DNA from: a virus
IMG/VR virus record: IMGVR_UViG_3300030060_002738
Coordinates: 34,041-98,040 of that record
Length of the DNA: 64,000 bases
Reading direction: 5' to 3' (one strand)
Notes under the pieces: model-generated
Database searches by the model: none
What the model was told of the DNA's origin: nothing
Seen by the model: the letters and a program-made list of their open reading frames with translations, nothing else
Position numbers and translations under genes: made by a program
Shown here: in pieces, positions 1 through 7,738 of the stretch
Position numbering within the stretch: position 1 is the stretch's first letter
How the letters are laid out: every line of letters begins with the position of its first letter

Positions 1-78
1 ATCTAACGGTCTCCAAGTAAATGCTTGCATCTCTTCAATAGATACAATACCGTTAGTAAATCGGATGTAGCCTTTCAT
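1..78 (-). CDS. hypothetical protein, 5' part only (runs off window start)
   Basis: ATG at 78-76 overlaps the stop of the preceding ORF (ATGA coupling); MKGYIRFTNGIVSIEEMQAFTWRPLD is open to position 1. Confidence 0.6.
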   Translation of the reverse strand, partial: MKGYIRFTNGIVSIEEMQAFTWRPLD

Positions 79-245
79 TCTTCTTCAATTCCATGCATTG
101 CCAACCACTCACCATAGTCAGGCTCACACCTACATAGACAAGGGACAGGTTCTTTCTCCCCATCTGCGGTTTGTAAAACTGCCGTTCCAGTTCCGTGACA
201 CACACTGCATATCTCTTCTTCTCTAGTTATCTTTACAATTCTCAT
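75..245 (-). CDS. small Zn-binding protein (56 aa, CxxCxGxG ... CxC)
   Basis: Not in ORF track; hand-translated MRIVKITREEEICSVCHGTGTAVVQTADGEKEPVPCLCRCEPDYGEWLAMHGIEEE; ATGA overlaps at both ends. Confidence 0.7.
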   Translation of the reverse strand: MRIVKITREEEICSVCHGTGTAVLQTADGEKEPVPCLCRCEPDYGEWLAMHGIEEE

Positions 246-814
246 ATTAATCCCAACCTCGTTAGGAAAGCATTGCTTTCTTGTTTATATTCAAACGACT
301 TTCTCAAGTAGTGGTCTTCAGGCCACCAACTCGGTTCTTCTCTTCTCTTCCAAGTAGCGAATCTCCACTTGTCATCAAGATAGTATTGACGATACTTCTC
401 GATAGTCGTCATGTCATCAAATCCATCTGCCTTTCTACACTCCATGTGAGGAGAGATAGCGATGGCGAATGTCGTCAACCCATCATCAGGAAGAAGCATC
501 TCTGCCTCATCCATCTGAGCGGAATAACGATTCATCTGAACTTCGACTTGATGGATTCGGTCATACCTGAGTGTATACTCACGACACAAAGCGTAAGTGT
601 GATTACGCAACCATCGGAAGTTCTGTCTTGTCTCCCTAGCCCAAATAGTGCAAGGGTGATTCAACATCACAGGTCTCCAACCTGCTTCCAAACCAAGGTA
701 GTCCACGATGGTAAACAGCATCTGCAAACTCTCAGTCGGCATCTTGACTACATGCTTATCCAACATCATCTCAGCACTCTTGGTAGGGCAATCATCTAAA
801 CAGAATATGTTCAT
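242..814 (-). CDS. pyrimidine-dimer DNA glycosylase (endonuclease V)-like phage protein
   Basis: MNIFxLD...DKHVVKMxxESxQML and NHPCTIW motifs typical of this phage family. Confidence 0.7.
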   Translation of the reverse strand: MNIFCLDDCPTKSAEMMLDKHVVKMPTESLQMLFTIVDYLGLEAGWRPVMLNHPCTIWARETRQNFRWLRNHTYALCREYTLRYDRIHQVEVQMNRYSAQMDEAEMLLPDDGLTTFAIAISPHMECRKADGFDDMTTIEKYRQYYLDDKWRFATWKRREEPSWWPEDHYLRKSFEYKQESNAFLTRLGLI

Positions 815-1092
815 TGTTCTCTCCTTCCTGCATGTGGTAGGTCAACCTCGTTAATCTCCCAAACCTTCCAACCCAATGAGTCAAGTTCGACTTGTGAGAA
901 AGTTCCCCATTCATCATACATGCCCTGTACGAAACCATACCAAAGTGGCGCACCACCGTAGTCTCTTCTTTCCATCTTGGTTGCAAACCAATACCAACCA
1001 CTGTAAGATTCCCAACCTCTGAGAACTTCTCTCTTCGTTCCATCTGTCATTTCTATCATTAACTTGTTTTCTTCAGTTACCAGTTTTGTCAT
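811..1092 (-). CDS. DUF2958-like protein
   Basis: WYWFAT...WYGFVQG..DEWGTFSxxEL pattern; AGGTGA SD upstream of ATG 1092. Confidence 0.55.
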   Translation of the reverse strand: MTKLVTEENKLMIEMTDGTKREVLRGWESYSGWYWFATKMERRDYGGAPLWYGFVQGMYDEWGTFSQVELDSLGWKVWEINEVDLPHAGRREQ

Positions 1093-1099
1093 TTTCAAT

Positions 1100-1816
1100 C
1101 ACCTATTATTATTGTAGGAATGTAAACGCAGAGAAAGACATAGACTGCGAAATCTATACTACTAGAGTGTGAAGCATACGATACCGAACAATTCCAGCAT
1201 GTTTCGGATATCGCTTCTGTCTTTTTTATTTCATAGTAAAACTCTGCTCTTTGTGAGTGTGATTAGTAAGGTGAAAACTTTGTACCGCAACTGGTTTTCT
1301 CTTCATTAAGTTCTTATTGCCTCGTCAGGACTTACACAATTGAACGCCTTACTCTTGCGAGTGTGATATCGGATAAAAGCATGGGGGAGATGAGTCCCAT
1401 CACTGCTATTGATTTGCTTTTTTTACCGCAGTAAACCGATGTTTGAATAGAAAGGGGAAACGAGTAAGTGCTGTGCCTATACCAACGGGTAGGGAACAGC
1501 AACGTGGTAGAACACATTGCCAATATTAATTACTAGACCGGATTATCCTGCTTTATTTTTTATAGCGCAAAGCCACTCAATTGTTCCCCGGATGGAATTT
1601 GACACACCGCTTCCCAATGGGTACAGTGAACCATCCTTATCTGAGCGAACCCGTTTTCCACAACTACTAATCTCATCGCTAGATTTGACGTTGGTTGCTT
1701 CTATCATAACCCTAGTATCTTTCTCGTTTTTTACTTCGGAAACCCCAAGTTTCTCCATGCTCGCCGTCATCCCGCTAAAGATTCATGGCTCTACGAGCAT
1801 TGGTGGAGTGTTATGT
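1100..1816. ncRNA. candidate structured non-coding region
   Basis: ~700 bp without a credible ORF; several stems (e.g. GAAGC-GATA-CCGAAACA/TGTTTCGG-TATC-GCTTC at 1171-1218) separated by T-runs. Confidence 0.3.
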
Positions 1817-2149
1817 TTACTCTTGACTCCTGTAAACAAGGAGCAGAGTCAGATATCCTATCAAGTCCTTGATGATATCATCATCTGATTCAAGTGAGTC
1901 ATTACCTTGAACAAGTCTATTCAACTTGTCATCGATTCTGACTTTGATTTGTTCTTCTTGGTCTGCATGAGAAAAGAACCTTGTTGGATTCAATACTGAA
2001 TCTCCATACTGCCTGTTCTTCTGAAGTAGCATGTCCCTCATCTCTTCACACATTGATGAAATCTGCAACTGTGATTCAGTCATCTCATCAACTAATTCTT
2101 CGTTATTGCTTGGTGTTTTTACACCCCATTTGTTCTTTTCTTCTGTCAT
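1817..2149 (-). CDS. DUF1599 / nucleotide-modification-associated domain 1-like protein
   Basis: LLQKNRQYGDS...VRIDDKLNRL...DDIIKDLIGY signature. Confidence 0.7.
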   Translation of the reverse strand: MTEEKNKWGVKTPSNNEELVDEMTESQLQISSMCEEMRDMLLQKNRQYGDSVLNPTRFFSHADQEEQIKVRIDDKLNRLVQGNDSLESDDDIIKDLIGYLTLLLVYRSQE

Positions 2150-2169
2150 GTTATTTCCAACCTGTTTGT

Positions 2170-2530
2170 GCTTTTATCATTTATTATCATATATTATCAG
2201 TAGATGATAAAATACAACTTTAGAGCAGTGTTGCGTTTTTCGCATATTTTATCATTTTCTCAATTTTATCATGGTCTCCATAGGAGAGAGAGAGTAGTAT
2301 ATGTGACATATAGTAGTAGTATAGATGATGATAATAATGATAAAATGATAATATTCAATAAAATCAACAATTCTAGCAAGTATTCGCACATTTTAATTTT
2401 CTCACTCAATGATAAAATCAAGAAAATATGAGAATATCGGAATAGTTGTAAATGACACTAAGATATGCGATATGAATATACGTCATAAGATATCCATATG
2501 ACATATATGATATAATATACATATAGGGAG
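2170..2530. repeat. AT-rich array of TTATCA/TGATAA repeats; candidate replication origin
   Basis: TTATCA at 2174, 2184, 2194, 2249, 2266; TGATAA at 2205, 2329, 2338, 2346, 2410; central palindrome TATATGT-G-ACATATA at 2298-2312; lies at the switch between divergent gene blocks. Confidence 0.5.
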
Positions 2531-2765
2531 TGTCATTCACACCCTATTGCTCGTTAGTAGATTTAGGTATCAATAATTACGGACAACTAGCGATTGTCAA
2601 CTAAAAGCGGATATGGAATCTACTGTGCAAAAGAGAAGTTTCTCTTGAAAGTCCTCAGATGATTCTGAGCAACCTTCTACCCAAACATCACTACTTAAAG
2701 CGTCATCCACCCCACCTTACCACGCAAAAAAACTGCTGTTATGTGTAAAGTCAGACTTTATCACA

Positions 2766-2787
2766 ACCATATGGTTAGACAACTTTG
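2766..2787. promoter_or_regulatory. dyad element copy 1 (ACCATATGGT..ACTTTG)
   Basis: Same palindromic core as four downstream copies; followed by ACCTCATAAAGCGATG and ATG at 2830. Confidence 0.6.
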
Positions 2788-2829
2788 CTCGCTCTAACCT
2801 CATAAAGCGATGATTTTTTGTAAGGCTAC

Positions 2830-2952
2830 ATGGAATATGATATGGAATGTGAAGGTTGTAAAGAGATAGTGACAATAACAGGTGCTTACCTCGGAGTTAT
2901 CGAAGACGCATGGTGCGAGTGCTGTGGTTGGGAAGGTGAGAATCTTGAGTGA
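2830..2952 (+). CDS. 40-aa zinc-ribbon microprotein
   Basis: Not in track; MEYDMECEGCKEIVTITGAYLGVIEDAWCECCGWEGENLE with two CxxC pairs. Confidence 0.6.
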   Translation: MEYDMECEGCKEIVTITGAYLGVIEDAWCECCGWEGENLE

Positions 2953-3202
2953 TGTTTACGAATATACAATAGATGAGTGGTCAGTAGATACGAGGAAGTG
3001 GTTAGTCACTTCACCAAAGAAACTGACTTACGAACAAGTTGTAGGCTTGGCCTGTGACTTACCTGAACAGTCAATCGAGGTTCTTCTTGGTGATTCTGAG
3101 ATGCCCGGTCTTGAGGGAGTTGTTGTAAACTTCCTTGGAACAGAATATGGTGATGACTCACAACATGAGGTACTTGGAGATTTCAAGGGGGAAGAAGAAT
3201 GA
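2945..3202 (+). CDS. hypothetical acidic protein
   Basis: GGTGA SD before TTG 2945; coupled to the next ORF. Confidence 0.65.
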   Translation: MSDVYEYTIDEWSVDTRKWLVTSPKKLTYEQVVGLACDLPEQSIEVLLGDSEMPGLEGVVVNFLGTEYGDDSQHEVLGDFKGEEE

Positions 3203-3426
3203 TTCTTACAAACACAATGGATGAAGGTCAACAGGAGGATACAGATAAACTCAAGCAACGTGCCGTTCATCCAAGCGTTGCTGACTTTATTCAATCTCTT
3301 GCTGAATGGGGCTTCAACCATGTAGACCATACGATGCTATGGGAAGCCATGTGTGCAGTTATTGAAGCGGGTGAGCGTGGCGACCTTGACGATATCATAG
3401 ATTATTATGAAGGTGATGAAGAATGA
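3199..3426 (+). CDS. hypothetical acidic protein
   Basis: ATGA overlaps at both ends. Confidence 0.65.
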   Translation: MILTNTMDEGQQEDTDKLKQRAVHPSVADFIQSLAEWGFNHVDHTMLWEAMCAVIEAGERGDLDDIIDYYEGDEE

Positions 3427-3536
3427 GATGTAAAGTATGTCAAGAAGAACACCACGACACTTGCCCTTTGGTAGAGGGTTGTTCATGTTGTGAATGGACA
3501 ATGAAACAAGCACAAGGAGGAGAACTAGATGTATGA
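3423..3536 (+). CDS. 37-aa Cys/His-rich microprotein
   Basis: Not in track; MRCKVCQEEHHDTCPLVEGCSCCEWTMKQAQGGELDV; GGTGA SD and ATGA overlap. Confidence 0.55.
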   Translation: MRCKVCQEEHHDTCPLVEGCSCCEWTMKQAQGGELDV

Positions 3537-3705
3537 GATAATTAGATTTAGATTTGATGGAAATCATAGAGTAATCAAGAGAGGGTTAACTCTTGAAGAA
3601 GCACAAGAACACTGCCTAGACCCCGAATCAAGTGGGAAAACCTGTTCGGATTTGAGTAAGCGTGGTAAGTGGTTTGATAAATATACGAAGGAGGAAGGAG
3701 AATGA
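3529..3705 (+). CDS. 58-aa hypothetical phage protein
   Basis: Not in track; GGAGG SD; MYEIIRFRF...KRGLTLEEAQEHC...WFDKY; stop overlaps the next start. Confidence 0.65.
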   Translation: MYEIIRFRFDGNHRVIKRGLTLEEAQEHCLDPESSGKTCSDLSKRGKWFDKYTKEEGE

Positions 3706-3911
3706 GAGACATAGAGAATCACATGGTAGCCCTACCACAACCGGAGTTGGAGTACGAACCTGAGTGCGACCATTCAGACATTCAACATCTAAATGTTGAG
3801 TGCTTTGGTGATGGAACATATATTGACTTCAGAATCAGATGTTGTGACTGTGGAGCCGAGGGTTATCGACTCTACACTATCAAAGAATGGTCAGATGACT
3901 TTGACAACTGA
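3702..3911 (+). CDS. small Zn-binding protein
   Basis: CDH...CCDCG motifs; SD and ATGA overlap. Confidence 0.65.
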   Translation: MRDIENHMVALPQPELEYEPECDHSDIQHLNVECFGDGTYIDFRIRCCDCGAEGYRLYTIKEWSDDFDN

Positions 3912-3915
3912 AAGC

Positions 3916-3929
3916 CACCCTTCGGGGTG
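3916..3929 (+). terminator. hairpin CACCC-TTCG-GGGTG closing the cassette
   Basis: UUCG-loop stem directly after the stop at 3911 and before the next dyad. Confidence 0.45.
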
Positions 3930-3943
3930 CGCCGTTTTACTCT

Positions 3944-4005
3944 ACAAAGTTCTTACCATATGGTAGGGAAACTTTGTGGCGAAGCATCTACCCTATATAG
4001 TGATG
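3944..4005 (+). promoter_or_regulatory. dyad element copy 2 plus TATA box
   Basis: ACAAAGT-TCTT-ACCATATGGT-AGGGAA-ACTTTGT then TACCCTATATAGTGATGG. Confidence 0.7.
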
Positions 4006-4062
4006 GAAACGTGTATGGTTGTAGTCGTAGGGATGCGACACACTATAATGGAGATGAAATGA

Positions 4063-4536
4063 ATGGCGATGGAAAATTGGAATGAATTTAGCGAAACCGT
4101 AGTCGCATACTGCGACTCACCGAACGCCCAAGTGGATGAGTTCACTGCTGGAATGGCGAAGAACTTCATCGTAAAGGGAACTGAAGAGCCGAGGTCACAA
4201 GTAAGGCTATCGAGGACAATCAAGGATATCCTCTCTGCGTTTACTGACTCCCCTCTGAATGGTCGTGCATCCGGTAGCAGAAAGACCGGAGTACAGAGAC
4301 TATCCGAGAAAGCACAGGCACTTTGGGCAGACACTGTAAGCATGGAGACCGTTGACGGTATTACTACCATCACTCTCGATGCTGAAGCATATGAGTATCA
4401 CACAACCTTCGCAGGAAGGAAAGACGAAAACGGCGACCCCCTAACATCATGGGGTAGCAACGAAAATATGGTCGCTCACACCTTAATGAGCAAACTTGAG
4501 AGCGGATTCGTATCCGCCCACAAGGAGGACAACTGA
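4063..4536 (+). CDS. hypothetical protein (157 aa)
   Basis: GGAGATGA SD; single-gene cassette whose flanks are complementary to each other. Confidence 0.75.
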   Translation: MAMENWNEFSETVVAYCDSPNAQVDEFTAGMAKNFIVKGTEEPRSQVRLSRTIKDILSAFTDSPLNGRASGSRKTGVQRLSEKAQALWADTVSMETVDGITTITLDAEAYEYHTTFAGRKDENGDPLTSWGSNENMVAHTLMSKLESGFVSAHKEDN

Positions 4537-4610
4537 TTAGGTAGTCCTTGCATCCCTGCGACTGCACTCTTAGGCCGATTTATCGGTCTTTGAGGTGCAT
4601 CGTTCCGAAT

Positions 4611-4679
4611 ACAAAGTAATTACCACCATATGGTAGGGAAACTTTGTGCAATAAAATGGCGTACCCTATATAGTGATGG
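4611..4679 (+). promoter_or_regulatory. dyad element copy 3 plus TATA box
   Basis: ACAAAGT-AATTACC-ACCATATGGT-AGGGAA-ACTTTGT then TACCCTATATAGTGATGG; ATG about 25 nt after TATA. Confidence 0.7.
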
Positions 4680-4693
4680 GCAAAGTGAGGGGT

Positions 4694-4870
4694 ATGGAAC
4701 CACAATTAATGCCCACTAAGGTATATCAATACGAGATTGAACTAGGTCATGCTAAATCAGGTTCTGACCATGTTCTAATCATCAAGAGTCTCAAGGTTCG
4801 TGGTGATGACTTATCACTAGTCATGGCTGAACTCAAGGCAGGATTACAAAACATGCAGGAGGTGCTTTGA
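4694..4870 (+). CDS. hypothetical protein, probably leaderless
   Basis: ATG at 4694 sits at the expected transcription start; in frame with track ORF 4673..4870. Confidence 0.6.
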   Translation: MEPQLMPTKVYQYEIELGHAKSGSDHVLIIKSLKVRGDDLSLVMAELKAGLQNMQEVL

Positions 4871-5127
4871 TGGGAGCAAAACATGAAGTTGAATATGGTG
4901 ATTTCGTTTATTCTGATGGTACAATAGAAAGAAGCACAAAAGTCTACTTCGATACTGATAAAGAATGGAGAGACTTCATCGAGGGATTGAACGGCGAGTA
5001 TCCTGAAGGATTCTGTGGAGGTACATCAACAACATTCACTAAATGTTGGGTTGTAATCGAAAGTAAGCGTGTGCCTGTCTCAGAGATGTTCGCTTATCAG
5101 CGAAGCCAAGAACAAGAAGAAGAGTAA
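4867..5127 (+). CDS. hypothetical protein
   Basis: GGAGGTG SD; overlaps the upstream stop. Confidence 0.7.
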   Translation: MMGAKHEVEYGDFVYSDGTIERSTKVYFDTDKEWRDFIEGLNGEYPEGFCGGTSTTFTKCWVVIESKRVPVSEMFAYQRSQEQEEE

Positions 5128-5430
5128 TACATAACAGGCATTCACAAGGCTACTTGGGATGTAAGCCCTGACCACTCCACCCTTAAGGGGAAAGCGAGGT
5201 TTCACCAGCGAAGGTGATTCATGAGAATAGTTCGCAGTCTCAGCCTTGTTTGAACAATGGGGATGATGGACAAACAGTTCGTTCGACATGCAAATATGTG
5301 CAGCAGCGTAATTAGTCTTAGATGAAGCCGGAATACACTCTAAGCAATGAATCGGGTATGAATCCTTATCCATGCAACAACTGTCACTGTCCTGACTCCT
5401 CTCTGTTGATGAGGTAGCAGTCGTTTCACT
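5128..5430 (+). ncRNA. candidate multi-branch structured RNA (~300 nt)
   Basis: Nested helices ACAAGGCT/AGCCTTGT (5144/5242), GGACA-ACAGTT/AACTGT-TGTCC (5268/5379), CTTAGA/TCTAAG, TCACC/GGTGA. Confidence 0.4.
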
Positions 5431-5431
5431 C

Positions 5432-5490
5432 ACAAAGTCCTACTACCATATGGTAACTAACTTTGTATGTTCACCTCATAGTGTGATGGT
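5432..5490 (+). promoter_or_regulatory. dyad element copy 4 plus promoter-like box
   Basis: ACAAAGT-CCTACT-ACCATATGGT-AACTA-ACTTTGT then ACCTCATAGTGTGATGG; ATG at 5504. Confidence 0.7.
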
Positions 5491-5503
5491 TTTTCATAAG
5501 GTC

Positions 5504-5761
5504 ATGCGAGTACAGCACATGATAACCAAGAGCGGAAACCAAGCAATGAATCAATTTGAGGTATTTGATGAAAAGGGAAAGCACTTTCTTTCATATGGGG
5601 TTGAGGTAGCAACTATTAACGGCGATGAAGTCACCCTTAACGCTCCTTATTGGGACATGTATTCAACGACAACTAATTATTATCTTCTTCAGTTCCTGAA
5701 TGAACCCTCAATCAAGGACATAAGGCAAAAGGTCAACGATGGCCTTTATCAAACTCGATAG
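5504..5761 (+). CDS. hypothetical phage protein
   Basis: MRVQHMITKSGNQAMNQF...FLSYG...YWDMYSTTTNYYLLQFL, recalled as a widespread small phage family; ATG at the expected transcription start. Confidence 0.7.
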   Translation: MRVQHMITKSGNQAMNQFEVFDEKGKHFLSYGVEVATINGDEVTLNAPYWDMYSTTTNYYLLQFLNEPSIKDIRQKVNDGLYQTR

Positions 5762-5898
5762 GCTCAATAATCGAGTATAATGGGCAGGTTAAGAACGGCA
5801 GATTTGAAAGAAGCCTCTCATTATTGAGTTAATTGAATGAGGGGGCAGCCCCTACACCTTCAGGGGCTGTCTTCTCTACCCTCAAGGTGTTTGTTTAT

Positions 5899-5963
5899 AC
5901 AAAGTTCTACCACCATATGGTAATACAACAAACATGGATTGTAAAATATGAGACTATATAAAC
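5899..5963 (+). promoter_or_regulatory. dyad element copy 5 (right arm degenerate) plus TATATAAA
   Basis: ACAAAGT-TCTACC-ACCATATGGT; TATATAAA at 5955; preceded by hairpin GCAGCCCCT/AGGGGCTGT. Confidence 0.6.
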
Positions 5964-6310
5964 TTCCGAACGTTTAATATTTTTACACCCTTAACAGAAA
6001 CTCCAACCATATGCCAAAATTTTTTTCCTGTTGTTTTTTAATCTCGTTAGTTAAAATAAACTACTAGGGTGTTATCCGCTCATACGTTATGTCCCGTAAT
6101 AACCAACTTAAACGAAAATTTGTAAATTCGGGCGTTATACAAAAAGCGGCTTTTTATGCATTAACAGATACAAGTAAAAATGCATTATTTTGTAACAACA
6201 GACGATTTACAATTCCTTATCTTGGGAATAGAAAGAAAAAGACGAAAATAAATTCGCTAGTAGCGAAAAAATTCCGGGCCATTTTTTGAAAAAAGAAGGG
6301 GATAAACATA

Positions 6311-6784
6311 TTGCTACCTGTAAGAACCAACGAGAAGGGTGAATGGTTCTCAGGTTTTTTGAGAGAGAACGAAATTCAGGTCCGGTGGGGAGATGACTTC
6401 CTGACTGCTTTGGAAAAGGGATATCCTGAGCATGTCTGTGAGCGGTTGTTCGTTATTGGAAAGTTCGTAGATGACGAAGTTGTGGCCCACACATCGTTTG
6501 CTGATATGGGAAACTGGTACTTTATCGGTAACAACTACGTCAAACCGGGCCACAGGAAGAAGGGAATCCTGAAGGAAATGGTTTATCGAAGAAATCAGCG
6601 TTTGGCTCACTATCCTAAGATTGCAATCTTGAGACCGATAGAAGAAACAGTCCTAACTGAGTTAATTGGCTTCCTGCTGACCCTTGGATATTCAGAAGTA
6701 TTATCGTATGCCGATGTGTCGGATGTCATGCTAGAGTCCGAGTATGAGTTAATCTCAGACGAAGAACTATGGAGATGCGACTGA
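6311..6784 (+). CDS. GNAT-family acetyltransferase
   Basis: Acetyl-CoA motif A-like YVKPGHRKKGI; start may be TTG 6359. Confidence 0.6.
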   Translation: MLPVRTNEKGEWFSGFLRENEIQVRWGDDFLTALEKGYPEHVCERLFVIGKFVDDEVVAHTSFADMGNWYFIGNNYVKPGHRKKGILKEMVYRRNQRLAHYPKIAILRPIEETVLTELIGFLLTLGYSEVLSYADVSDVMLESEYELISDEELWRCD

Positions 6785-6845
6785 TGTATTACACGACTTC
6801 TTTTGATTTTGAGTTGCTATACAATCAGGGAGAGGTGTATCGAAA

Positions 6846-7124
6846 ATGAGTTGGGAAGATGTATTGAAGAAACCACTTATTCCATCAGAAGAAGAGGTTG
6901 AAGAGATGCTCGATTTTATGAACGTCAGTCCTAGAATGAAGATGGCGAAGTTAGAACGTCAGATTCTAAGAGAGATTGAGAAGGAAGGAGGTGCTTTGGG
7001 AATGAAGAACCTGAAGCAGTTTGCTGATGAGGATAAGTTGAAAGAAGTTCTATCTAGCATGGAGAAAGAAGGCAAGATATTCATGCACAAGGATGGAGAC
7101 ATCTACACACATGAACCGAAGTGA
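6846..7124 (+). CDS. small protein with N-terminal W-motif; possible winged helix
   Basis: Starts MSWEDVLKK. Confidence 0.75.
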   Translation: MSWEDVLKKPLIPSEEEVEEMLDFMNVSPRMKMAKLERQILREIEKEGGALGMKNLKQFADEDKLKEVLSSMEKEGKIFMHKDGDIYTHEPK

Positions 7125-7129
7125 TTTAG

Positions 7130-7444
7130 ATGAGTTGGGAAAAGATATTGAAAGGAAATGGTAAAGACCCGCAAAACCATACGTTTGCATTTGTTGTTGA
7201 ATGTGATGTTTACGATATGGATTCAGATGTTGTTGACTTTCATATGGAACAGGGCAGTGATTTGATAGAAAATATAGAAGATGCGATTGTTAAAGCATTA
7301 GACAAGAAGATAGGTGATGCCATATTTGACCTTCCTGTGGATATCAGTGGAATCGAAAGTGACATGGAAGAGTTAGAGATGGAAGGGTTTGACACTCTAG
7401 AAAACAGGGTTACCGTTTCTATTAGGGCTGTCGCAAAGAAGTGA
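7130..7444 (+). CDS. acidic protein with N-terminal W-motif
   Basis: Starts MSWEKILKG. Confidence 0.75.
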   Translation: MSWEKILKGNGKDPQNHTFAFVVECDVYDMDSDVVDFHMEQGSDLIENIEDAIVKALDKKIGDAIFDLPVDISGIESDMEELEMEGFDTLENRVTVSIRAVAKK

Positions 7445-7449
7445 TTGAA

Positions 7450-7692
7450 ATGACATGGTTCGATGTTCTGAAACTCGACCCTTTGGAATACAACATGCGA
7501 ATGCGAGACAGGTTGGCTACCAAGCCTCCTTCAAAGCCAACAGCAGAGCCTTCACAAACCACTCCTACAAAACAACAGTGTGATGTCTGTGGGAGGATGA
7601 AACTAAACGTGAAGGAACGTGCTGATGGCTCTACTATCTGTTCAGTCTGTGAAGCAATGCAAAGGCGAAAAGATACTGAAGCAACAAGTTAA
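7450..7692 (+). CDS. Zn-finger protein with N-terminal W-motif
   Basis: Starts MTWFDVLKL; CDVC...CSVC. Confidence 0.75.
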   Translation: MTWFDVLKLDPLEYNMRMRDRLATKPPSKPTAEPSQTTPTKQQCDVCGRMKLNVKERADGSTICSVCEAMQRRKDTEATS

Positions 7693-7738
7693 TTAGAACA
7701 ATGTTTATTGTCCACAGTATATTCAGGAGGTTCAGGTT

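Noticed and set aside
1290-1340. Possible hammerhead ribozyme (minus-strand CUGACGA ... GAAA)
   Set aside because: Stem II cannot close between CUGACGA and GAAA, and no supporting stems I/III were found.
2204-2431. ORFs across the iteron-like region
   Set aside because: They translate low-complexity repeats and lack start signals.
2766-5921. Dyad repeats as a CRISPR array
   Set aside because: Spacing is irregular (about 470-1190 bp), the intervals contain genes, and no cas genes are present.
6089-6289. 66-aa ORF in the A/T-tract region
   Set aside because: No SD and atypical composition; likely a chance ORF.
1100-6300. tRNA genes in the intergenic regions
   Set aside because: No cloverleaf with a T-loop consensus was recognised by eye; a tRNAscan run would be needed to exclude atypical ones.
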